NCBI GenBank assembly: GCA_001189095.1
Contig: LFCK01000004.1
Span: 5,674 to 69,673 of the forward strand
DNA length: 64,000 bases
Source of the DNA: Parcubacteria bacterium C7867-001
Lineage (GTDB): Bacteria; Patescibacteriota; Minisyncoccia; Phycocordibacterales; Phycocordibacteraceae
Reading direction: 5' to 3'
Positions 1 to 9,673 of the stretch are shown piece by piece. The notes beneath the pieces are model-generated. The model had not been told where the DNA came from. It saw only the letters and a list, made by a program, of their open reading frames with translations, and made no database searches. The translations under genes and the position numbers were made by a program. How positions within the stretch are numbered: position 1 is the stretch's first letter; each line of letters starts with the position of its first letter.

Positions 1-152
1 ATTCGCTGCACTACGCTACTTTGGCGCGTCAGTCTTCGGACTCTTCTTCGCGCTCCAGTTTTATTACGCCTGGGCAATTGCACACATTCTTCTCTCGTTT
101 GTCTCAGCAAAATGGCATTCGTAGACCTGCTACTATATACCTATCCGCAGTC

Positions 153-2264
153 ATGAAAAAAGACGAACTCCCTACGGCTGGAAAAGACTCGCTCATCACG
201 CTCGCGCTCGGGGCCGTCGCTGTCGTAACGTCACTTGCCGCAGGTTGGATAGCACTTTCGCCCACTGACCACACTCCGCGTAAGCCGTTGCCAGCTATTG
301 AGCAACAGATAGCGGCGCTCCGCGGTAAGCAAATAATAAGCTCCGAGCACTACAAAGAAGGGAATGAAACGAGAGTCCGGTATAGCTACATAGGAGAGCC
401 ACTCCCAGCAAAACTCTCTGTCGACGAAGTGGTTGGGAAGCGAACTCCAACCTCCTATACGCGCGATCTTGGAAAAGGGAACGACGGATCGCCGAAACTA
501 CAAGCGCTCGTCTATCCAAAACCCCAGTTCTTCAATAAAGAGGGTACCTGGTACTACCAAGAGTACGGTGTCGCTTCGCAAAAAGCTTTTGATACCGTAT
601 TCCCGAAAGCATTTCTTTCGTCATGGATTCCTGTCGCGTACGCAAAGACGGACTCGGCATACACCAAAGCATCAGGCGACGGGGATGTATATACGAGTGT
701 AGACACCACCGATACCGGCTATGACTGGACTACCGCACACGATTCAAGTAGCGGGTACTCATATGATACGTCTTCAACAATTTTTGGCGTCGGTATCAAT
801 CTGGTCCAGTTTCCGGGTCCGGAAGGTTGTGACGACATAAAGGTCGCTTGTCACACGTACTACACTACGCAGATATTCCGTGGATTCTTACCGTTCGATA
901 CGTCGTCCATACCGTATGGTTCGAAGATTAGCTCCTCAACGCTAATCCTCGTTGAGTCGGGTTCCCTCTCGGATTCTCACAACGATACCAAAGATTATTT
1001 TACGCTCGTGCAGACCACCCAGAATTCCGATCAAGGACTTGAAGTGGGTGATTTCGATCAGGCGGGTTCTGTTACGAGTCCAACCGAGGGAATAGATTCG
1101 GGTCAACGCAAAGATATTAGCTCTATGGTAGCGAATACGTCGTACGCAATGACACTTAATTCAACAGGTCGCAGCTGGATCAAAACGAATGGCCAGCAGA
1201 GCGTGTGTAGTGCGGCAAGCTCTGGAACTGGACAGATCTTTCTTACCTCAGGATCGAGCTGGGTCGTTCCTCCAAACTGGGGCGGCACCAATACCATTGA
1301 AACAATCGGTGGTGGAGGCGGCGGCTCAGCATTCAATTCAGGCGGTGTCGGCGAAGGCGGCGGTGGTGGTGGCGCATATTCGAAAGCAACGAATGTTAGC
1401 CTTGTGCCAGGGAGTACGGTTACCTATGCAATAGGTGCAGGCGGCGGCTTTTCAACCGCTGGCGGGGATACGTATTTCTGTAACTCAACCTCAAATTGCG
1501 CCTCTATTGCTGGTAGTGCAGTGGTGGTTGGTGCAAAAGGAGGTAGCGGCGCTTCGGTCGGAACCGGTGGTGCTGGCGGCGCGTCTGGATCTGGTATTGG
1601 GACTACAAAGGTATCTGGCGGTACAGGAGGGAGTGCTGGGTCATGGGGTGGGGGTGGGGGTGGGGGTGCCGGGGGCCCTTCTGGTGCAGGTGCTAACGGA
1701 GGCTTAAGTAGCACGGGTGGGGGTGGGGGTGGGGGTGCGAGCGGCGGCGCTGCAGGAAGTGCTGGATCTGGCAGTACTGGCGGCGCTGGCGGCAATGGTC
1801 CTCTTGGTTCTGGTGGCGGCGCGGCAAATACAGGCGGCACGAACGGAGGCGGAGGCGGAGGCGGCGATGGCACTGTTGGTGGCGGAGCGGGTGGCGATGG
1901 CACGGATTGGAATAGTACGCATGGCGCAGGCGCAGGCGGTGGCGGTTCAGGAGACAATTCGTTCGTATATGGTGCTAATGGAGGTCTCTATGGCGGCGGC
2001 GGCGGCGGCGCGCCTGATGACTCTGGTTCTGGTGGCGGCTCAGGCGCCGGCGGTATTATTGTCATGAGTGGTTCTGGTTTTGGAAGCGGTATTACCTGTC
2101 TCGGTATTCGGGAAGGACACGACACGACCAACACGAATCCGGGCACAGTCGGAGGAACCTATGCAAACCCGTACTCTTCAGAACAGACGGGGACAAGCCA
2201 AGATCCTGTTCTTGCGGTTACCTACACACCGCCGTTTGCGTTCTGGCAGTTCCAAGATTTCTAA
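153..2264 (+). CDS. Secreted/surface protein with N-terminal signal-anchor, globular domain and long Gly-rich C-terminal repeat region (GGxGGxG)
   Basis: ORF 21..2264; likely start at ATG 153 (MKKDEL...) followed by a hydrophobic helix; C-terminal ~400 aa is poly-Gly/Ala/Ser low complexity; the antisense Pro-rich ORFs are a mirror artefact. Confidence 0.55.
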   Translation: MKKDELPTAGKDSLITLALGAVAVVTSLAAGWIALSPTDHTPRKPLPAIEQQIAALRGKQIISSEHYKEGNETRVRYSYIGEPLPAKLSVDEVVGKRTPTSYTRDLGKGNDGSPKLQALVYPKPQFFNKEGTWYYQEYGVASQKAFDTVFPKAFLSSWIPVAYAKTDSAYTKASGDGDVYTSVDTTDTGYDWTTAHDSSSGYSYDTSSTIFGVGINLVQFPGPEGCDDIKVACHTYYTTQIFRGFLPFDTSSIPYGSKISSSTLILVESGSLSDSHNDTKDYFTLVQTTQNSDQGLEVGDFDQAGSVTSPTEGIDSGQRKDISSMVANTSYAMTLNSTGRSWIKTNGQQSVCSAASSGTGQIFLTSGSSWVVPPNWGGTNTIETIGGGGGGSAFNSGGVGEGGGGGGAYSKATNVSLVPGSTVTYAIGAGGGFSTAGGDTYFCNSTSNCASIAGSAVVVGAKGGSGASVGTGGAGGASGSGIGTTKVSGGTGGSAGSWGGGGGGGAGGPSGAGANGGLSSTGGGGGGGASGGAAGSAGSGSTGGAGGNGPLGSGGGAANTGGTNGGGGGGGDGTVGGGAGGDGTDWNSTHGAGAGGGGSGDNSFVYGANGGLYGGGGGGAPDDSGSGGGSGAGGIIVMSGSGFGSGITCLGIREGHDTTNTNPGTVGGTYANPYSSEQTGTSQDPVLAVTYTPPFAFWQFQDF

Positions 2265-2283
2265 TTTCATCTTTCGGTAGGCG

Positions 2284-3819
2284 TTACGGGATAGTGGTCG
2301 AGAGAAACGATACGGTATGACCATCGGAGCGAGTCACGACTCGTCCTGTTGGATCGATGATGAACGAAGGAGAGGCATTCGCTGATTGGAGATACCATGC
2401 ACGGTTCCGGACGGCATGCACTTTTCCTATCTGCTCCATTTTCTCTGAGAGCGTACGTGAACCGCGGAACCATGCTGGGTTGAATAGCTCAACGAGGACT
2501 GAAGCGCCTTTGTTCGCTGCAAGGTCGTGAAAGAGGTACGGCGATATGGATTCGGAGCAGAGTAACGCGCCTACTATCTTTCCGTTCCATGGCACCGCAA
2601 CTGTCTCCGAGCCGCGCACGAGCGAACGCAGACGGGTAAGATACTGATCTATTTCGGGGTCCCCGAACAGGGAAAGTACCGGTGACGTCGTGTATGGTTG
2701 GTACTCGCCGAGCGGCATCAAGAACATTTTTGCGTACGAAGCAATTTTCCCATGGACGGTGCTGTAGTAATAGAGCGTCGCATGCTCTACGGAACCGGGT
2801 TTCGTCGGCGCTATATATCGGTCATACGATGTTGTGCCTTCAGTTTCAGTCACGCTACGATACTCAGAGTTCACAATGAGAATGTCCTTTCCTTTGAAGA
2901 GGTTAAGAACGCTGTCGTGAAGTTCTATCGAAGAATATGCTTGGTCGAGACTGAATCCTTCAGGAACCACTATCATATCTGGATACGGTTCTCCCTGCGC
3001 GGCTATTTCTTCCATGAGCAGTCGAACTCGGCCGGCGTTATAAGAATCGTCGATTGGTGCTACAGGACTTGCTATCGTCACCTTAAACGGGTTGCTCGTG
3101 TTTTGAGAGGGCGCTGGCACGGTAAGGAATGCGGGAACACAAAGAAGGAGCGCCCCAGCGCACGCAACTTCCACTACATGCTTCGGAGAGTGTTTATTCC
3201 CAAGTAGGAGGGTTGCAGCACATGCGGCAAGAAATCCTACAACGAAATCGAGTACGGTGATGCCGCCGAGTCTCGAAAATTGAAGAAGGTACGGGTTCTC
3301 AGCTAGGGTGTAGCCGAGGGAGGTAACTGAAAAGTGCGGACCGAAGAGCGATTCACGGCCGAGGGTAATAAGGGCGAATCCCCACATACGTCCGTGACCC
3401 TCGAGGGTCCAAAGAAATGCTGCGCTGAGCGGACCAAAACGGCTTTTTCGTATGAGGAAAAGAAGCACTGCAGTGAGAGCGGTTGCGAGAGCCATGCTCG
3501 CCGACGCCATAAACCACATGGAGCCGACCGCGAGTCCCTCAATCCATGGGTCGCTCACATGAAGCCAATTGAGCGGAATGGTATCCCAGAACCATACGAT
3601 ACCCGCTCCTGCCGTTGCGATGCCGAAGAGGAATCCGCGCCACGCAGCACTCGTCTTGTTTTTTGCGGTATGCCAGATGTCGACGAAGAAAAGCGTTAAC
3701 CCGATTGGTGCACAAAACCAGAGAATGGAAAAAGACTCACCGAGCGCTCCTAGCGTGCTCGCAAGAAGAATGAGAAGAACCGAACTCTTTCGCACAGAGT
3801 CTACAAGGTAGTGGTACAT
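2284..3819 (-). CDS. lnt: Apolipoprotein N-acyltransferase-like protein (polytopic N-terminal domain + CN-hydrolase domain)
   Basis: About 6 N-terminal TM helices followed by a nitrilase-fold region with VVPEG (Glu) and LLCSE (Cys) motifs typical of Lnt. Confidence 0.55.
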   Translation of the reverse strand: MYHYLVDSVRKSSVLLILLASTLGALGESFSILWFCAPIGLTLFFVDIWHTAKNKTSAAWRGFLFGIATAGAGIVWFWDTIPLNWLHVSDPWIEGLAVGSMWFMASASMALATALTAVLLFLIRKSRFGPLSAAFLWTLEGHGRMWGFALITLGRESLFGPHFSVTSLGYTLAENPYLLQFSRLGGITVLDFVVGFLAACAATLLLGNKHSPKHVVEVACAGALLLCVPAFLTVPAPSQNTSNPFKVTIASPVAPIDDSYNAGRVRLLMEEIAAQGEPYPDMIVVPEGFSLDQAYSSIELHDSVLNLFKGKDILIVNSEYRSVTETEGTTSYDRYIAPTKPGSVEHATLYYYSTVHGKIASYAKMFLMPLGEYQPYTTSPVLSLFGDPEIDQYLTRLRSLVRGSETVAVPWNGKIVGALLCSESISPYLFHDLAANKGASVLVELFNPAWFRGSRTLSEKMEQIGKVHAVRNRAWYLQSANASPSFIIDPTGRVVTRSDGHTVSFLSTTIP

Positions 3820-3821
3820 GG

Positions 3822-5165
3822 TTATTGGCTCGGAATGAGCAGAAGTTTTACAACGAGTTCGTCTACCAGCTTTTTATCTTTTGGGGAGAGAACGGGATGC
3901 AAACCCAAATCTTGCTGCTCACTAGGATCGGTATCGATGCGGTACAGATGCACCCCGCCGTCCGGCGTTCGAAGTGCGTGCCAAGGCCACGAAACGGCCG
4001 AGGCAGTCCGTGCGAACCGTGCGCCACCCGGTATCAGTACGGACTGTACCGATGTAGCCATAGAATTCTGTAGATACACGGAGAGGAAGTGGGAGCGAGT
4101 CTCTCCGGTCTGCGCCATACTTATGCTTTGAGGAGCGGTTTCCGTACGCATGGCTTCCACAAGGGAAGCACCTTCGAACGCAGGTTCTTCAGGAAGGTTG
4201 AGAATGTCGAGCAGGGTAGCTGGAAGACTTCGCAGCTCCACATTTCCTCCAATACGCTTTGCGGTTTTTTGTGGAAGAATAATCATGAGCGGTACATGTA
4301 TGCTTTCGTTGTAGAGCGAAAATGCATGCAGGCCGACGCTGCCGTGTTCTCCGAATTCAGCTCCTGCTCCTGAGGTGATAATGACTACTGTATTTGAACG
4401 AAGTCCACTTGCGGCGAGGCGGCCGAAGAATTCTTTGAGTGCTGTGTCGACTGATCGCACGTCTTCCTTATATCCGGCGAGCGAGCGCGCAGCCTCTTCG
4501 CGTGTCGGGCCTCTGGCCTGTGAATTTATTGCTCCAATTTCTGACGACGAAACGTAGGTACCTGATTCGCGCGATCCGTAGGGAATGAAAACTTCGAGCG
4601 GATGGATGAAAAGGAAAAAAGGCGTCTGGGTATCTGTGCGCGCGCTGAGCCACGAAGTCGCCTCAGTAAATATCTTGGGTATGTCGCTTGTTCCGGCCGG
4701 AACAGGTTTGCTTACAAATTCATCGAATCCAGCTCGGACTCGGTATGCCTGACTCGGAAGCGCTGTATTAGAGAAGGCCGCCGTATCGTATCCGGAGGCG
4801 CGCAGGACTTTTGCGATTGTTAGCGTGGAGCTTGCAATAGCGTCTTTGTCCGTCCATATGCCGAGATCCCAAGGATAGCGTCCGGTAAACATCGAGACAT
4901 GGGACGCGAAATCCCAAGGAGCTTGTACGTATGCGTGATCGAATACGATACTCTGGTCGGCAAGCGAAGCAAGAAACGGTGTTGTATCAAGCGTCGGGTC
5001 AAAGAGTGATGTGTACTTCGCCCCGAGGTTTTCAATGGAAATGACAATGACGTTGCAGTTCTTACAAGAAAAGGAGTTTGAAACAGCCGCTCGGTTGAGA
5101 AGGGTAGTAAGCGCCACGCCGACGCCGACGAGAATGATGAGGATGAAAACGGCCCGCGGAATCAT
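3822..5165 (-). CDS. Membrane-anchored alkaline-phosphatase-superfamily enzyme (sulfatase / LTA-synthase-like)
   Basis: N-terminal TM, then a sulfatase-like core (…FDHAYVQAPWDFASHVSMFTGRYP…); its stop overlaps the lnt start (ATGA). Confidence 0.5.
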   Translation of the reverse strand: MIPRAVFILIILVGVGVALTTLLNRAAVSNSFSCKNCNVIVISIENLGAKYTSLFDPTLDTTPFLASLADQSIVFDHAYVQAPWDFASHVSMFTGRYPWDLGIWTDKDAIASSTLTIAKVLRASGYDTAAFSNTALPSQAYRVRAGFDEFVSKPVPAGTSDIPKIFTEATSWLSARTDTQTPFFLFIHPLEVFIPYGSRESGTYVSSSEIGAINSQARGPTREEAARSLAGYKEDVRSVDTALKEFFGRLAASGLRSNTVVIITSGAGAEFGEHGSVGLHAFSLYNESIHVPLMIILPQKTAKRIGGNVELRSLPATLLDILNLPEEPAFEGASLVEAMRTETAPQSISMAQTGETRSHFLSVYLQNSMATSVQSVLIPGGARFARTASAVSWPWHALRTPDGGVHLYRIDTDPSEQQDLGLHPVLSPKDKKLVDELVVKLLLIPSQ

Positions 5166-5248
5166 GAGTGTAATTCTATACTATGCGCTTTTGAGCGCAG
5201 CGACGTCTCAGCCACCGTGGGTGTCGTCTCGAAGTTCCTCCATTCCTG

Positions 5249-6109
5249 TTGATATACTCTAGATACATGACCGAAAGCCGCGCCCTGCAGTATCCTGTTG
5301 GTCCTCTCCGGGAGCTCCTGCTCCCCGCACTATGCGGAGTCTTCTTTTTTCTCCCTTACATATGGGCTGGGTACGCGTTCGTGGTATTCGGGTACACGCA
5401 CTTTTTCATGGCGGCACTGTATCAGTATCGGGCAGGAAAGGTGCTGACGCCGCGATATCTCCTCACCGCAGCAGTTCTCGCGGTTGGCATCGTGGTGTAT
5501 TTTCTGTTTTTTAACCACGGACCACTACCTCTTTTTATTGCAGCAAGCGTAATGTTCGCAGCGCACTTTTCATTCGACGAGTTCACTCTTCATGGTGAGC
5601 GGCTTTCGCTTGCGGGTGTCACGACTGTCATCGGCTTCACAGCACTCTATGCGCTCATCGTCTTTTCGATTCCATTCCCGCAACTTACAAACTTCGTGCC
5701 GCTCTTCGGGCTCTCGCTTCTCGTCGGTGCCGGAGTTCGCTACGTAGCGAAGTCTTCGTCCGTTACCCGCGCGGAACGCTATATATTTCTTATTGAACTT
5801 GTATCAGTCGTTGGGTTTGTCGTCTTTTCAGATCCGGTCAAAGTTGTCGTCGTTATGACGCTCTTGCATTTCGCGAACTGGGCGGTGGCGTATGGTTTCC
5901 GTTTGCGAACTGACCCGGTTCGTGCACGGAAGTATTGGACGGAAACCCTCCTTGCGACACTGTTCGTGCTGCCGTTCTTCGTATTCTATGAGCTAAATAA
6001 TCAGACTCCGTGGCTCGCGTTCTTCTTTGCGCTCTCAACCTATCAAGCTTGGACGCTGGTGCATATAACCTTGTCCTTTGTATCGACTCCATGGCGTCTT
6101 CGCTCGTAA
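5249..6109 (+). CDS. Polytopic membrane protein, paralog 1 of a tandem triplicated family (unknown function; conserved His/Glu/Asp motifs)
   Basis: 7-8 TM helices; motifs YQYRAGKV, HFSFDEFTLHGE, LLHFANW, YQAWTLVH shared with the next two genes. Confidence 0.6.
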   Translation: MIYSRYMTESRALQYPVGPLRELLLPALCGVFFFLPYIWAGYAFVVFGYTHFFMAALYQYRAGKVLTPRYLLTAAVLAVGIVVYFLFFNHGPLPLFIAASVMFAAHFSFDEFTLHGERLSLAGVTTVIGFTALYALIVFSIPFPQLTNFVPLFGLSLLVGAGVRYVAKSSSVTRAERYIFLIELVSVVGFVVFSDPVKVVVVMTLLHFANWAVAYGFRLRTDPVRARKYWTETLLATLFVLPFFVFYELNNQTPWLAFFFALSTYQAWTLVHITLSFVSTPWRLRS

Positions 6110-6144
6110 TTCGTCTCCCAGCGCTTCAGTCAAAAGAGGCCATA

Positions 6145-6951
6145 ATGCTTGCTCGCGACATCGGGCTGCCGCTCGCGCTTTTTTCTATTGCGCACGCTCT
6201 GCCGGAATCCACGGTTCTCCTAATCTATATCTGTATCGGGTGGGGCCATCTGTACATGGCGCCTTTGTATCAGTATCGTTCCGGAAAGGTGAATGCGCGT
6301 TACTTGAGTGTTGTTGCGGTACTGGTGGTGCTGACACTCGCTTATTTCGTATTATTTGACAGCAATATATCGCTCTTTGTATTGACTGTCGCGTTCTTCG
6401 GGCTCCATGGAGCAGTCGACGAGTTCTATCTGCACGGGGAGACGCTTACGTGGCGTGGTGCCATAACCGTCGCCGCCTTCGCCGCCCTGTTCGCCGTGGT
6501 CTCTCTTCTTCCGCGCTGGCCTGTCTTTGCGGTCTTCTTGCCGTATATTGCAGCAATCGTGGGCGTTGCATTCTTGCTTCGGTTACTTGTGCTCAAGGAG
6601 CTTCCTTCCCGTACTGAACTCTACTTGCTCTACATGGGTCTTCTTATAGGAGCATTTACCTACAACGCATCTCTCTATACGACTATCGCAGTGGTGAGTT
6701 TGCTGCATTACGCGAACTGGTACATTGGCTACGGTATCAAGGTTAACGATATGCCGCCGCGGCGAGTCCAGTATTGGAGGGAAGTAGCGCTATTTACTGT
6801 CGCTGGTTTCGGTTTTTATTATCTCTACATGCTTGGCGTTCCAGCACTCAAGTATTTCTTCGATCCGTACTATTACACGGCATGGACGCTCTGGCATTTC
6901 GTGCTTTCAAGCCGCTGGGTAAGCGGGCTCAAAAAACCTCTCTTTGGCTGA
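6145..6951 (+). CDS. Polytopic membrane protein, paralog 2 (alternative start 6091)
   Basis: ORF 6010..6951; the homologous region begins MLARDIGLP; motifs YQYRSGKV, DEFYLHGETL, LLHYANW, SSRWVSGLKKPLFG. Confidence 0.6.
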   Translation: MLARDIGLPLALFSIAHALPESTVLLIYICIGWGHLYMAPLYQYRSGKVNARYLSVVAVLVVLTLAYFVLFDSNISLFVLTVAFFGLHGAVDEFYLHGETLTWRGAITVAAFAALFAVVSLLPRWPVFAVFLPYIAAIVGVAFLLRLLVLKELPSRTELYLLYMGLLIGAFTYNASLYTTIAVVSLLHYANWYIGYGIKVNDMPPRRVQYWREVALFTVAGFGFYYLYMLGVPALKYFFDPYYYTAWTLWHFVLSSRWVSGLKKPLFG

Positions 6952-6952
6952 T

Positions 6953-7804
6953 ATGACCAGTCTTTCCATTTCAATCATTCGTTCTCAGGGCTTTCTGATG
7001 CTTCTTCGCGATATCGGGCTGCCATTCGCGCTCTTCGCGCTCTTCGCGCTCCTCCCGAATGACTGGATACTCATGACCTTCGTTATTGTTGCGTGGGGTC
7101 ATATCAATCTCGCGATGCTGTATCAATATCGAGCAGGGAAGATTACCTCCCGGTATGCACTGGTCGCCGCGGCATCTATCGCCCTTGGCGTTGGGTATTT
7201 TCTCTGGGTCGGTTACGAATTCCCGATCTATGTGCTTGGTATTGCGGCGTTCGCACTCCATTTCAGCGTAGATGAATTCTATTTGCACGGAGAGACGCTT
7301 ACGTGGAAGAACGGGATCATTGCAGGCATCGTTACGGCCCTCTTTACCTCAATATCGCTCCTTCCCTCATCTCCCGTATATCAAACGGTCATCATGCTTC
7401 TTGTTGGTTTCGGTCTCGCCGTTCTGGCTCTGCGTTCGGTGGTAGCCCGAATACCGCCCTCACGCACCGAGGTGTATCTTTGCTATGTGGGAGCCCTTCT
7501 CATGGTATTTAAGTTCGGTACGCATTTCTATACAGCGTTCGGTGTCTTAAGCCTCCTGCATTTCGTAAATTGGTACATCGCGTACGGGATGAAGGTATCA
7601 GGTACTGCGCGTGCACTTCGTTACTGGAGCGAGGTCGCGCTCTGTACGGTGATGGGGGCAACACTATTCTTTCTCTACTTCATCGATGCCATATCCTTCC
7701 TTAAATATTTGTTCGGTCCGCTCTACTACACCGCTTGGTCCATATTGCACTTCATTCTTTCGAGTCGGTGGGTGAGTGGGCTGAAGAGGCCGCTGTTCGG
7801 ATAG
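6953..7804 (+). CDS. Polytopic membrane protein, paralog 3
   Basis: ATG 2 nt after the paralog 2 stop (the ORF track used TTG at 6944); motifs YQYRAGKI, DEFYLHGETL, LLHFVNW, SSRWVSGLKRPLFG. Confidence 0.6.
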   Translation: MTSLSISIIRSQGFLMLLRDIGLPFALFALFALLPNDWILMTFVIVAWGHINLAMLYQYRAGKITSRYALVAAASIALGVGYFLWVGYEFPIYVLGIAAFALHFSVDEFYLHGETLTWKNGIIAGIVTALFTSISLLPSSPVYQTVIMLLVGFGLAVLALRSVVARIPPSRTEVYLCYVGALLMVFKFGTHFYTAFGVLSLLHFVNWYIAYGMKVSGTARALRYWSEVALCTVMGATLFFLYFIDAISFLKYLFGPLYYTAWSILHFILSSRWVSGLKRPLFG

Positions 7805-7945
7805 GTTTTAGAAAATGGCTTATATAAAGGCTATTCAGTCGGTAAGGCTATCCACAAGGAACTCGTTTACCCAGTCGGCCCTACATAAAGCGGCTATACT
7901 TATAGGGGTAAGGCCGCTACGGCCTCTTATAAACTAAAGAATCAT

Positions 7946-8362
7946 ATGGCTAAGAAGCTTGCTCTCGTGCTCGGTGTGGTGTTTGTTCTCGTGGGTCTTC
8001 TCGGTATGTTCGTCCCGAATCCGCTCGTCGGTGCAGGTGCGATTTTCGATACCAACACGCTCCACGACATCGTGCATCTCGTGTTCGGCATTATCCTTAT
8101 TGTCGTTGCGCTCAAGGCGCCGATGAAGTCAGGCCTCTGGCTCAAGATCCTCGGCGTCGTGTACCTCCTCATCGCGGTACTCGGCTTCGTGCTTATCCCG
8201 ACCGGTGGAATGCTCCTCGGTCTTGTTGAGGCAAACGATGCGGACCACTGGCTCCATGTCGTGCTCGGCGTCGTGCTTCTTGCTGCAGGTTTCCTCGGCG
8301 GCAAGGGCAAGGCACCGGCTGCTCCTGCAGCTCCCGCTGCTCCGGCAGGTCCGTCGATGTAG
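7946..8362 (+). CDS. Small membrane protein (DUF4383-like), C-terminal PAAPAAPAAP tail
   Basis: 138 aa with 4 hydrophobic helices; followed by an intrinsic terminator. Confidence 0.5.
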   Translation: MAKKLALVLGVVFVLVGLLGMFVPNPLVGAGAIFDTNTLHDIVHLVFGIILIVVALKAPMKSGLWLKILGVVYLLIAVLGFVLIPTGGMLLGLVEANDADHWLHVVLGVVLLAAGFLGGKGKAPAAPAAPAAPAGPSM

Positions 8363-8427
8363 TCGATGTGCCTTTAGAAAACGCGTCTCGTCGGTTCACC
8401 GGCGGGACGTGTTTTCGTATTGCCAAA

Positions 8428-8456
8428 CAAAAACCGGACGCGAAGCGTCCGGTTTT
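8428..8456. terminator. Intrinsic terminator hairpin (ccggacgc-gaa-gcgtccgg + T-run)
   Basis: Perfect 8-bp stem flanked by an A-run upstream and a T-run downstream. Confidence 0.6.
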
Positions 8457-8881
8457 GGTTAGTCGAACTTACGGCTGAGGCAGATGAAAAGCGTGAGCAT
8501 TCGCAATGAGCGCAGATGCGGCCATGGCGGATGATTCAGCGCCGTTCAAGAATGCGACAGCGGTGTGTTCGATGTGCGAGAAGACCTCGGGGACCGATGC
8601 TTTGAGAACAAGAATCGTGAGTCCGAGACCGAGTGCCTGAAGTATACCCATAGGATAATCTGGTAATCGGATAAATCGTGAGCGAATGCGCACGATAAGA
8701 CTGCAGTAACGCGGTCTCGATGGTTCTTATTCTCAATGTCCGGTCCCTCTAGTCTCTAGAACCCTTAGTATAGAAATAAGGTTGCTCTCCAGCTCTCTAC
8801 GAAAACGAGAAGGCCCACCGAGGCGAACCTTTCGCCTGGGTGGGCCCAGAGTTCAGGAGCTAGTCGGCCTGAACGTTGTAT

Positions 8882-9598
8882 TTAATGCAGGGGCACAAGG
8901 GGATTGCGAGTGAAGTACTCCTCACGCCCATGGACGCCCGATGAGATGATTCTCAAGAACTGTCTGTTGAAGTTCTCAAGGACTGGCAGGCTTTCGTGCG
9001 GCGTCAGGATGCCGATGCGGTGCACTTCGCCCGCTTTGAGGAAGGTCGCGTCGCTGTATGGATACATATCGGCAGCGTGTCCGATATCGCCGTCGAGCGA
9101 GGTGTCTTCGTGTTCCGCATCCCACACAGCGCAACTGTCGTCGAGGTTATTCGCGAGCAGAATTTTGACATCCCGATCGAGTGTAACAAGACTTTTGTTG
9201 TTTGAGCCCCACCGATACGGAGAGGGTCTGCCCCATCCCCATTCGATCGGAGCGGGAGTTGGAGTCTGTCGAGGAGGTGGGGAACCCCAACCGTACCCGG
9301 GGGTGGGTTGCCCTCCCCACATGTACAACGGGTTGACTGGGTGCTTCCCAGCTTCGGTATGAAGTGCCCTCTCGTACTGCGCCCGCTGTCCGCGGTGCGG
9401 TTTTCCTGCCGAAGCGAGAGACTCGTCGATGGTCAGGAAGCCGAGATCGCCCTTCTTCACGAACACTGATTCAACGATGTCCTGATAGGGGGCATAGATA
9501 TCTGGAATCGATGCTGCGTCGCCCTGAATGTAGGGCATCATGAGGCATCTAATTCCAGAAAATTGAGGGAACACTACTACTTGTCCAGTTGCGGTCAT
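8882..9598 (-). CDS. Hypothetical protein with a central Trp/Pro/Gly-rich low-complexity segment
   Basis: ATG at 9598 preceded by AAGGAGG; the segment GGQPTPGYGWGSPPPRQTPTPAPIEWGWGRPSPYRWG; followed by a hairpin at 8812-8847. Confidence 0.5.
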   Translation of the reverse strand: MTATGQVVVFPQFSGIRCLMMPYIQGDAASIPDIYAPYQDIVESVFVKKGDLGFLTIDESLASAGKPHRGQRAQYERALHTEAGKHPVNPLYMWGGQPTPGYGWGSPPPRQTPTPAPIEWGWGRPSPYRWGSNNKSLVTLDRDVKILLANNLDDSCAVWDAEHEDTSLDGDIGHAADMYPYSDATFLKAGEVHRIGILTPHESLPVLENFNRQFLRIISSGVHGREEYFTRNPLVPLH

Positions 9599-9673
9599 TA
9601 CCGCCTCCTTTAGTTTGAGTCCGGGTGATTTATAGTACAAGTTCTACTATTTGTCGAATGCTTTTGGGGTAAG

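Noticed and set aside
1424-1957. 177-aa Pro-rich antisense ORF and several other ORFs inside the Gly-rich gene
   Set aside because: They are the mirror image of GGN repeats (CCN on the other strand), with no independent start or RBS signals
8469-8736. 74-aa and 66-aa minus-strand ORFs downstream of the terminator
   Set aside because: No RBS, overlapping frames and no motif; it may be noncoding or a degraded gene
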